Shown here piece by piece: positions 1-10,371 of a stretch of 64,000 bases of DNA. The notes beneath the pieces were generated by a model. It ran no database searches and was not told where the DNA came from. It worked only from the letters and a program-made list of their open reading frames with translations. The position numbers and the translations under genes were made by a program. Each line of letters opens with the position of its first letter. Within the stretch, counting starts at the first letter, position 1. Source of the DNA: Yuukianura sp. NJ FZ-2021 (lineage: Eukaryota); the NCBI GenBank assembly GCA_046563655.1, contig CM102285.1:10416001-10480000 (forward strand), given 5' to 3'.

Positions 1-435
1 TGGTATTTGAAACTTACTGGTGTTGCCCCTGTTTTACCGTTTGGGCGTGGCATTTTCAATTACACTTTCGGTAAGTGTCCTTAAACTTGCAACTTGTTAA
101 ACTGACCTTCATTTTCTTAATCTGCTAATTTTGTTTTCGAAGGATTCATTCCGCACAGACGTCCGATCACTACTGTTGGTAATTTGTTTGACATCATTTT
201 TGAAGTTCAAGGAATTCATTAATCTTGCTTAAAAAAAACCTTTTTGAGTTCAAAATCTAATATGTAAACTCTGTTTTCCTTAGTTGGTGCCCCGATTCCT
301 GTTGAGAAGAGCGTTAATCCAACTCAAGATGAAATCGATTCTTTGCATCAAAAGTACATTGATGCTTTGGTAAAGCTGTACAATGACAATTGTGTGAAAT
401 ATGGCGATCCCAATACTAAAATCACAATCCTCTAA
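1..435 (+). CDS. 3' part of a DGAT2/MOGAT-family acylglycerol O-acyltransferase (runs off the window start)
   Basis: Spliced exons (1-70, ~143-178, 284-435) read ...GVAPVLPFGRGIFNYTFG-FIPHRRPITTVV-GAPIPVEKSVNPTQDEIDSLHQKYIDALVKLYNDNCVKYGDPNTKITIL*. This is the typical DGAT2/MOGAT C-terminus (GRG.F, P.RRPITTVVG.PI.V, ID.LH..Y...L..L). Confidence 0.9.
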
Positions 436-1321
436 ATTCAAAGCAAAATAAAAAGAAAACTACCACTCGTGCCAACCTAACCTTGAAACAACCTTGAATT
501 GTTTCTACAGAGTAATTTCTATCGAAAAGACGAATGATTGCTATCATTTTTTATTCTGCTATAACAATTTCAGCTGTCGGTTGGAGTAACTTTTGTAAAA
601 ACGCCAGTTTTTGCTGATTGATCGGTAGAAAAACTCCAAGGATTTTAGATTTTTCAAGGCTAGGTCGATAGGGGTAGTAGTTAATTACAATAAAATTCAA
701 CATGGGATTCGAACGAGTCAGCGACAGTGACTAAATTCTACCAAATGTTTCATTGAAAACATCCTAGTTCGACTTTCAAAATTTTTCGAGCGACTTGGTA
801 TAGATTTAGTTAATTATTTCAGAGAAAAACATTCAATTTCTCATTTCGTACCCATAAGGAAGACAATTGACGCGTCCTTTTTGAATTTGGTGCAATTATC
901 AAATTTAAAAGTGAAAGTTGTTGATGTGGCACTGACGTCATCCCTACAGATTTTATCACCCCTTGGTTGAAGTAAGGTGCACCGGGATTAAACTAGAACA
1001 GTGCAAACCGAGGCTAATAAGTAATAAAATAACTGACTAAAGGCAGTGTTTAATAGGTGATTAATAGAACAAATGCCTAATTATTAAGGTGATTCAAAGC
1101 TAAAATTGTGTTGGTAATGCAATCGCTTAACGAAGTAAACACACATTTTCATGTTTAGTTCGTTCTGTATTAGTGTTGCATAAACATGGGGTTCGCCTCA
1201 GGTCAACAATATTTTGCACTGAATTTGGTCCACCTGCTCCAGCTGCTTTGAAAGATAAGGGGAAGTGTTGTAACTGTGAAAACCAGCACCTCATCCTCTC
1301 AGCCCACTTAACAGTAACACC

Positions 1322-1329
1322 TATCGATA
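1322..1329. promoter_or_regulatory. DRE-like core promoter element (TATCGATA) upstream of the probable ArfGAP1 5'UTR exon
   Basis: Exact TATCGATA palindrome, followed by TCAGTT (Inr-like, ~1408) and a donor ATG|GTAAGT at 1443/1444. The matching acceptor is TTTTCAG at ~1651. Confidence 0.4.
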
Positions 1330-1892
1330 CTCTACTGGTACTTGACAGCAAGTGAGGACGTCGAGGGTGGTCGGTTCGTTGTCCATGGTCTTGGTCATCC
1401 CATCTCATTCAGTTTTCATTCGTCGTCGTCCCCCGATATTATGGTAAGTCAAATTTGCCTCATAAACGAAGTCTTAAGCCTGGTTTTATATAGGTTACAT
1501 TATAATAATTATTCTAGGGTTCCGTAACCCTGTAATTGGAATGCGGAACTTTAATAAGTGAACTTTCACTTTCGTTGCATGGAATTTTCAAGAGAGTTCC
1601 AGCGGAAAGCTTGTAGTGTCGCTATAATTCTGTCTTTTAATTTCTTTTCAGTTGTAACGTTCGCTGGCCTGCTGCGTGAGTGAGTGATGACCTTTTGCTT
1701 TTAGTGACCACAGACAGACAGACCATAGTTCAAGAAAGAAGGGGTCACGATTACACGAATCTTTTGAAGAGCGAAGTTATCATCTTTCCGTTTCCGAGGA
1801 TTTCCATTCATTCCTTATTTATACTCTACGCTGTACTGCTGCTCGTAGTGGATAATTTTGAGGTTGTTCAACTCAACCTATTCAATTGAACT

Positions 1893-3920
1893 ATGGCCAG
1901 TCCTCGCACTAGAAGAGCCCTTCAAGACTTAAAACATAAGGATGAAAATAGCGTAAGATTCTTTCCATATGTTTTGATTTCATTGAGGAAAGTAGGGATG
2001 GGTGTTCTATAATTTATTGTCTGTTTTTCCTTCTCACACAGAGATGCTTTGAATGTGGAGCTCACAATCCGCAGGTATGAAAACGATAATAATGTTCTGC
2101 CTTCTGCGAATCCCGAGTTACTTAGTTTAGTTACATAATATTAGTTTTGTTTTTGTGAATTTATAGTGGGCATCCGTTACTTATGGGATTTGGATTTGCT
2201 TGGAATGCTCAGGCAAGCACAGAGGTCTCGGAGTTCATCTGTCATTCGTGAGGTCAGTCACCATGGACAAATGGAAAGACATTGAACTCGAGAAGATGAA
2301 GGTAACGATAGAGCTTAGTTTTTAACTTTTAGTAATTTGAGTAGCTTTTTATCGAAAACTATTTCTTTGTTCTTAGGCCGGAGGAAACAAGAAAGCACGC
2401 GAATTTTTAGAAGCACAACCAGACTGGGATGAAGACCTAAGTTTACAGCAGAAATACAATACAAAAGCTGCTGCTTTATTGAGAGATAAGGTACAGGAAA
2501 GTTTTTAAAATGAAATCACCAATTAAATCAAATTCCTATTGTAGTATCTATCGCGTAACCAGAAACTTGCAAATCATCGAAACGAAATCTCATTTTCTAA
2601 ACAAACAGATTCAAACAGAGGCCCAAGGTGGGACGTGGAGCGAAACACAGGCTAAGAAAAGTATACCAGCTTCTTCGGCCGCTCGAAGTTCGGTGAAGAA
2701 ATCTAGCAATGGCGTAGCACCAGTGGACAATAATAATTCCAGCCGAGCATTTCCAAAAAGTACTTCTTCCCCTTCATTTCAAAAAAATGTCAGTGTAAGC
2801 AGTTACTCTTCTGCTGGTTCTGGATCGTACCAAGATCAAGATCAACCAGATTATCATAACAGTGGAGGTGGATACGGTAGTAGTGGAATATCGTCTTATC
2901 AAAACGGCCCAACAAGTAATTTATCATTTTCGGAACGAAAGAAATTAGAAAACTCAACTAGATCTACGGACCTCCCACCTTCCGGTAAGTCAAACACTGA
3001 TGTTCATTTTTTCCTTACGTTGTCTATAGCTTTCAACTAATCAACCGATGCTACTTGTTCTCTAAATAGCTGGCGGAAGGTACACTGGTTTTGGAAATAC
3101 CGTGGATCCTCCGAAGCCACAGTCGAATGAACTCTTGGACAATGCTCTTGCCTCACTCACTCAGGGATGGAGCTTGTTTTCTTCGGCTGCAACGAAAGTA
3201 GCCTCTAAAGGTATACGAACTAAAGTAACTTACGATTTCCTGAGCAGAACTTTTGACTAAATTGTTTTTTATTTATAGCAACGGAGAACGCCATGAAAAT
3301 TGGAGAGATTGCATCCCAAAAAGCTGTCGAAATTTCTGGAACGGTGACAGAAAAAGTGAGTTAGACAAACCGAACGTAGTATAAATACAGTATTGTTTAG
3401 ATTGCAGTGACGATTACTCAACTTTTCCAACTGTTCAGGTCAGCGAGATACGAGAGAAAGGTATCAAGGACGGGTTGTCCAGCATGGTTAGCTCTTTCTC
3501 GAGTCCCAGTCTTAGCAACTATTCTTCTTCAAACTATGGACACGAAAAGATTCCAGACTCTAATCCGACAGAACGTAGTAACCTGTTTGCTTCCGACACT
3601 GGAGGATACAATAAGGTCCAGGGAGTCAACAGGTTGGTCACCCATTACTTATGTTAGGATTTAAGTATTCAGCATTTCTGTTGTAATCCATAATCGTAAA
3701 TTGATTTGTTTATAGTCCAAGTGGTGAACACGGATGGGATGACTGGGAATCGGACTGGAACCAGGGCGGAAGCGGCGGAGGGGGCTACCAATCTTCTCAC
3801 AGTGATTCCAGCAAGTCAAGGTCACAGAACACCGGAAGCAAAAGGTCAACTCGCAAGTCAGACGACTGGTCGTGGGGAAACGACGGTGGATGGGACAGTG
3901 GCAGCAGCAAAAACAAATGA
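1893..3920 (+). CDS. ARFGAP1: ADP-ribosylation factor GTPase-activating protein 1
   Basis: Starts [20 protein letters not shown]. The zinc finger [59 protein letters not shown] is assembled over exons 1893-1952, 2042-2074, 2167-2301 and 2377-2490. An ALPS-like segment (YTGFGN...[24 protein letters not shown]) and an acidic/Trp tail (WDDWESDW...DDWSW) follow. TGA at 3918-3920. Confidence 0.95.
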
Positions 3921-4671
3921 GTATGCTCACTACCACTAAAAGTTTAACCTGTCGCGCATAACGAAATTGAATTAGGATACACTCTACCCCTTATTAACGT
4001 CTTAACCTTTAACGCACATCCCTAACTATAAACACAAATCTGCACGGACTATACAATTTATGAAAATCGAATTCATGCGAAAATTAGTGGCGTATTACCT
4101 CAAGCATTACTTTTGAGCGTATTTCATTTCATCTTATTAAAATTACTTGTCATCCCATAATGAACGAAACTTTTAAACTCATTTAGCAATTATGCCTCGC
4201 TTTTAGTATTCCGTTTCCAATTCACCTTGCTAAATTAGATTTCTGCACCAAATCCTGATGTCAGGTGCTTATGTGTCAACGTCAACGTAAAAGCTTCTAG
4301 GTGTCATCCAGGCACAGTGTAGAATTACATAACAATTTAGAATTTGCAGTATAAGTATAAGTACATTATTTTTAAAGAGTAACGATTGAATCCATGTCTT
4401 TTTCCTTGATAAGCTAATGAAAACGTCGGAATGAAGGCAAGCGTGAATAAAAATGGCATCATACACTTTGTAAATTACTCAACTCGACATATACAGAAAG
4501 AGAAAGATGAGTTTTAATTTATAAACAGAAATAAACAGGAAGTGAATTCAAAAAGTATAAAAATGTAAATAGTAAGCATTACTGTGTAAACACGTGGAAT
4601 ATTACTCTAGCAAAGGATTAAAGTGAACTCCTGGGAAGAAATTGTACTTATGTTCAGTAGGAACTGTTAAG

Positions 4672-6141
4672 TTACCAGTAAAGTGTCTTCTGGAAGAAGC
4701 CGGCAGCAGTGGAGAACCATCCCTTCTTGTCTTTCGGTTCTTCAGTGGTTCCTCCAACGTTGGCCACTGCTTGAGGTTCTTGGAAACTGTTTTCAGAATC
4801 AGAGTCGGAGAGATACTGGGGCGATTTCCGGCCTCCGACATTCTCCTTATCATGAAAACTGATGCTGTTCTCAAGTTTCGGATCAGGCTCCATCTTCAGC
4901 ATGACCTGAAAACAACAAAATATGTTGCTAGTTTACTCAGAATGAAATACGGTCAGCTTAGCCTTAAGATTCAGCTTTAAAGTATGGATCACCTCACGAT
5001 TATCCACTTTAGTAACAATGTGGCACTCAAATCCCAAGTTTGCAATGGTTTTCCCGAGAACTTCGTTAGGTACGTAAGATTTTACGCGAACCAAACAGTA
5101 GCACTTCTTCATGTCGTAAGTGATAGAAATGATTCCATTGAGCTTTAGCAAGGCTTCAGTCATCCTCAACCGCTTGTCCTAAGTATCACAACAAGTTCTC
5201 ATTTAGAACTGGATGATTTAGAGACTCTAGTAACAGAGAAGAAAAAATAAACGCAAATCGTACCTTGAAAATGCATAAAGGAACATAGAGCTCGACACAT
5301 TTTCCCTTATTCACAGACTGATTAGGATTACGTTTCCCATTGGCAGGGGTATCGCCTGCTGGCTTCTTGCTTTTGTCAACTGACTCAGCGGTCGACGCAA
5401 CTTGATTAGCCCGGTTGCTCACCGTTCTAGCTTTTAGAACTGGTCGCTGGTCCTTGGCCATATCATGGATAAGTTGTGCGAAGTCACGAATCTCCTTAGG
5501 AAACTTCTTGGAGTTCCTGTTTTACGAAAAAGTTGTCATCTCTTGCGCTCAATTCCATACGATTGGAAAATACTATTTGGATTAGTTCATACCCAGCAAC
5601 TGCTTTGAGACCATCATAGAAATGGAGAACTTTTCCCAAGTCATTTCGATTGGCAGGGTTGATAGCAAGAAGATGAAGGATTTTCAAACTTTGCAAAACG
5701 TAATCGGTTGACTCGGAGTCCAGCAAAAGAACTAACAGAGGACAAATGACTGGATCCTAAAAATGAAACAGTGACCAAGTTACAACTTCGAATTTCGTAT
5801 AGGTAATCCCCGATACTTTAATGGAAAGGAGATGACCACTGAATCACTGCGTTGACACTATGTAGATAAGTAGTGGTAGACCTTACCTTGGTCATAACGG
5901 GATGAATCTCCTTATTCAGCGCAAGGCCTTTAAATTTCACAAGCATGGAGTCCATGTTAACGTTTTCGTCAGTCGCAACTTTATCTCCATCGTATTGCTG
6001 GACAGCCTCGGCAGGTTCGTCACTCGCTTTCGCTGGATAGCTTTTCACAGCTGTGGTCAAATGTGACACGAGCTCCTGATCCCTGACCCGATCACTTCCT
6101 CCAGTGCGTTCAGTCTTTTCAATAACAGGATCCTTCTCCAT
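4672..6141 (-). CDS. ARMC1: Armadillo repeat-containing protein 1 (mitochondria-associated)
   Basis: Exons 6141-5887, 5756-5593, 5516-5264, 5178-4993 and 4905-4672 have consistent GT-AG phases. The protein has an ARM segment (DPVICPLLVLLLDSESTDYVLQSLKILHLLAINPANR), an HMA-like segment (EALLKLNGIISITYDMKKCYCLVRV) and the diagnostic C-terminus KGWFSTAAGFFQKTLYW*. Confidence 0.9.
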
Positions 6142-7412
6142 AGTAAACCCGAGCCTTTGTTTATTCTCGCTGTGTGTAAAACCCCTGTAATAATACCAAA
6201 TAATGCAAATAAGCAAATAACACCAATAATTATACCATATACGGAGTGGAACAATATCATTTAGCAATTTTCATTGACCTTTACGACCTTAGGACTGACC
6301 TGACTCCTGCTGGATCCTGAAGAACGTCCTCTCTTCTCTGCTTAGGTGTTCTTCTAATAAAAATAAAACTGAACTCAACAAACCAAAAAGTTATGAATAA
6401 AACTCAATTAGTTTACTCAAGTAATTGGCTAAGAAATTGATAAATTGAAATGATTTTTAAAATAAAATGCTAAAAAAAATGAAGAGACAGCTGATTAGGC
6501 ATAGTAACGGTCACTAACTGTCCCGCTTTGCAAAAGTTTTTACTTGACGTCGAGGTTTGGCAAAAGGGTTTTTTATTTTTTATGTTTATTTTTCTTTCCT
6601 TTTTTCAAAACCAAATTAAATATTTTACTTTCCAAATTCACGCAAAGAAGATTTTTACTAATTTTGATGTGGCGTTTGATTTGTAGCAATAAAAAGTGGT
6701 CTTTGATTTTTGCAACAAAATTAATTTTATAATGTGAAATTACAGGTTCTCTGGGTTCTCTATAGGAATCCAAACTTTTAGGTTTTATTCTAGCGTTAGA
6801 AACTACTGAATAGGAAGTATAACTTATGCTTAGTTATTTTTTCCTTTAAGAAAACAGCATTACTTCTTTAATTATTGCAATTTAACAGTTCTTTGTACAC
6901 AAGACTGAAAATTCAGCTTGATGATTCGAAAATTTAGGAAATTAAAAAGTTATTTTGAATTTTTTCTTTTTCTTTGCGTTGTTTTAATGTCAGTTAACAT
7001 AATTTTATTTGTCAACCTACGCTTAATATATTGAAATAATGGAAGATTCTTATTAATTTTAATTTGGCGTCTCATTTGTGAAGATGAAAATTTACTATTT
7101 TTTCAATTATTAGTCGGTTATGCAATTCGTTCTAAGCAAGCAAGAGGATCGACTGGTTTTGAAAAGCTTCTGTGCGAATCTAAAATGAAAATTTGGTTTA
7201 GGTGTGCAGGAAATAACTGTTAAAAAAACTATTGTATTGATGAAACGTTGTTGTATTCTATTTTTTACTGTACAAAAATTACATTCTGTCTTCAGTTTTT
7301 ACAATTTAATTTGGGACTTTCATTTTTGCAACAAACTCAATCGCATTGACAACCTTACAATCTATTTGTTTTGTATTGACTACATAAAAACAATAGTCCA
7401 AGTAGTTGCAGC

Positions 7413-7492
7413 CATAGAGTTACCAAGACAATTCGATTTTTTCCCCTTTAACGTTAAAAGAAAAAAAATCGAATTGTCTTGGTAACTCTATG
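7413..7492. mobile_element. 80-bp palindromic MITE with 8-bp TSD; termini fit the P superfamily (CANRG)
   Basis: Perfect 30-bp inverted arms CATAGAGTTACCAAGACAATTCGATTTTTT / AAAAAATCGAATTGTCTTGGTAACTCTATG, flanked by the direct repeat GTTGCAGC at 7405-7412 and 7493-7500. Confidence 0.85.
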
Positions 7493-7610
7493 GTTGCAGC
7501 ACTTCAAAAGTTTGGCACAAAACGAAATCCACGAGTGATTGTCATTGTCAGGCTTTAACCAACCGCCGCCGTCGCCGTCAGTGACACGAGGTTAGCAGCG
7601 TTAACCAAAA

Positions 7611-9766
7611 ATGGATATCGTGGAAGGAAACTTGGATGATGCAGATGACCGTGCAAGTCGCGTTGCACCATTACGCGGATTTGCACATGCTGGAGAAATA
7701 TGGCATCAAGTAATCTTTTTTAAACCAAAAATCTAAATTTTTCAAAAATCCATTTTCTATAGATGTTGATGGAGGACTTTCGCTTCATGGAAGCTGCTCG
7801 AATGGAATCTGGAGAGTACGAAGGCGCTGGACTTTCCACGGACGATTTAAAACGTGAAAAAGAAAGATATTTGACAAATTTCACAAAATTACAAGCTAAG
7901 CTTATAACCAAGATTCCCATCTTTAGCCCTGTCAAAAGTGAAGCAGCTCATGATCACAAATCCTCAAGGACTTGTAAACTTCTCTAGTTATGATCATAAC
8001 GCAGCGCCGAATGTGGTAAAATGAACACAGTGATTAATGGAAGTAATCAGAATTGGGCCAACACAAACAGTTAATGATTTTTTAGACCGAAGAGTCGGAC
8101 TACGTTATTGTGACGGATTTTAGAACGCGGCGGTTTTTGACGCGTATGTCAGTATGGGCGCCAAGGGCCGTTTTTGCGCACTGGTTACTTGGAACGCGTG
8201 CCTTCCAAATCTTCATGATTCTTGTCATCATTTCCAATTCTATTCTTATGGCCATCGACGGAGGTAAGCAACCTAAACACGACTGCTGTCAAAGGTTTAA
8301 TTTTGAGAGAAATGAAAATTCTGAAAACTTGAATTACAGCTTAAAAATTGTTTCAGAATTGGAAGCCGATGCTGCAAAAACTGCCAGACCGATTTTAGAC
8401 ACGCTTGACTTTTTCTTTTTGTCAATGTTCGTTTCTGAAATTCTGTTGAAGTGGGCTGACAGTTTTAAGCTATTTTGGAAAGACTACTGGAACATTTTTG
8501 ACTTTGTGGTTACATCAATGGTAACTTTCAAAATGTGAAAATTACGATGAAGATTTTTGAAGCATTTTTCCTGAGAGTTGTTTATGTTTAGTCTCTAGTT
8601 GCGCCTGGCCTTGACCTTTTCACTCAATACACTCAAGATGATGAACGTTTGACGACAATAATTTCAGTTGTCAAATACATTCGAATTCTCCGAATCATGC
8701 GTTCCCTCAATGTGGTCACTCGGATTGAAAAGATCATGGTGATTTGGGCTGCAATTGCTCGAACAGCAAAGTCACTCCTGTTCATAACGCTTCTCATGTT
8801 CATCTTCTTCTACATTTTTGCTGTCATTGGTCTCCAAGTTTTTGAAAAATTTACAAAGTCACATCGAACGGATCTTCTATACAAGGATGCTTTCAGTGTA
8901 AAAAGTTTTTTACAATTCAGTTCACATTCAAATTCACTTTTGTTCCATTTTGCTCAGCATCTTCCGAACGCAATGGTGACGCTGTTCCAACTTTTCACAT
9001 TGGACAAGTGGTATCCCATCATTATGAACTTGGGAGAAGGAATGGAAGACCTGACAATGCCCGTGATCTACGTTCTTTTTTGGATTCTGCTGGGCTCTTT
9101 CATTTTTCGAAACATTTTTGTTGGAGTAATGGGTAAACACTTACGAATTTGGGAAAAAGAAATTCGAAATCTGATTTAAACTTCAACTTTTTTAACTCCC
9201 AAGTAAGCAACTTCCAAAACATTCGAATGGAATTTCAAGAGGAAGAAGAAATTTCGCTAATGGATGAAGAGCGACTGGAAAATATGGAACTCAATGTTTT
9301 TGGATTACACGAAGACATGTATCTCCGCATAAAAAGTCGTACGCTAACTAAATATTCCGAGGTCATACTAAAATCTTTGACGTTTTAGTACCAAAAATGT
9401 TACTGGAAAAGAGGACGTGTTGATTGACTGGGAAGAACAAGTATTCCATGACCTTAACCTTCTCAACTTGTGTGAAAATCTGGAATTGACCCCAACGTTA
9501 TGGCCGCGCGACACATTGTTAGATTTTTAAAAAACCTTAACCAAAATATTGTATAGTGATCTCAATTTCTCCTTTTAGATTTCTATACTACATTCTTATG
9601 GAATCTTTGTCCTGGAATATCGATGAACGAGACATTTTATTTGACTATATCAGTAAGACATTAAGTTGAACCTAACCAAACGTTAAGTTAAAAGTTATAC
9701 GAGTTTCGAGGAATTTATATTGATTTTGTTTTAGACACGGCTCTTTCGATGTGCTATGATCGCTGA
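7611..9766 (+). CDS. CATSPER2: CatSper2-like sperm cation channel alpha subunit, copy A
   Basis: Multi-exon single 6TM domain. S2-S3 EILLKWADSFKLFWKDYWNIFDFVVT; S4 KYIRILRIMRSLNVVTR; S5 LLMFIFFYIFAVIG; FTKSHRTDLLYKDAFS-HLPNAMVTLFQLFTLDKWY (TxDxW filter); S6 WILLGSFIFRNIFVGVMVSNFQNIR; C-terminus DWEEQVFHDL...WPRDTLFLYYILMESLSWNIDER. These match recalled CatSper2-specific motifs (RSPRQDLEY, TLDHWY, NFQNIRKE, LDWE, WPRDSLFRY). ATG at 7611, TGA at 9764-9766. Confidence 0.9.
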
Positions 9767-10071
9767 TCTATGATAATGCGGAAGTGGGGATCCTATCTAT
9801 TAAAAAAGCAAACAGTACTCACAATTACATCACAAAATAATTATTGTGAATCACTATTCTACAACAGATTTTGTTAAAACTTTTCGAAATAAACACAAGT
9901 TTGGGAGTAAAAAAAAATTATTCTTTTCATTTTTGTTTTGGTCAATTTCTGCGCCATATAAAAATATTTTCTAGTTTTGTGTACCAAACACGTTTTTGTA
10001 CACTTGAAAAAGATATTTAACTTTTCACATGGCGTGAAGTTGCTGCAACAAAATTTTAAATTTTCAAATTT

Positions 10072-10196
10072 AAATCTCCGAATCAAATCAAATCGAATCA
10101 AATCCCCGAATCCAAATCAAATTCAAATAAGTACTATAATTCTTTGAAACTTTTTTGAGAATACTATAATTTTTTAAAACTTTTTTGAGAATACTA
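10072..10196. repeat. Short tandem repeats between the two CatSper2 copies
   Basis: Degenerate (AAATC)n run, followed by an imperfect ~30-bp tandem unit TACTATAATT..T.AAACTTTTTTGAGAA (about 2.2 copies). Confidence 0.6.
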
Positions 10197-10371
10197 CAGA
10201 AAATTGAAAATTAGGCATGTCGCTGTGGTGACTAGACTACACATAAAAGCGACGCTGATTTGGTACCAAATAAATTGAAAAATGAAGACTTCTTCCATCG
10301 ACTGACTTCTTCCACGGATAATTTGTTTCGTCACATTTTTGGCAATCAATACTTTAATAGTGTAATCAAAA

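Noticed and set aside
1040..1408. Overlapping short ORFs or a possible ncRNA upstream of ArfGAP1
   Set aside because: No recognisable protein or RNA family motif; consistent with promoter/5'UTR sequence.
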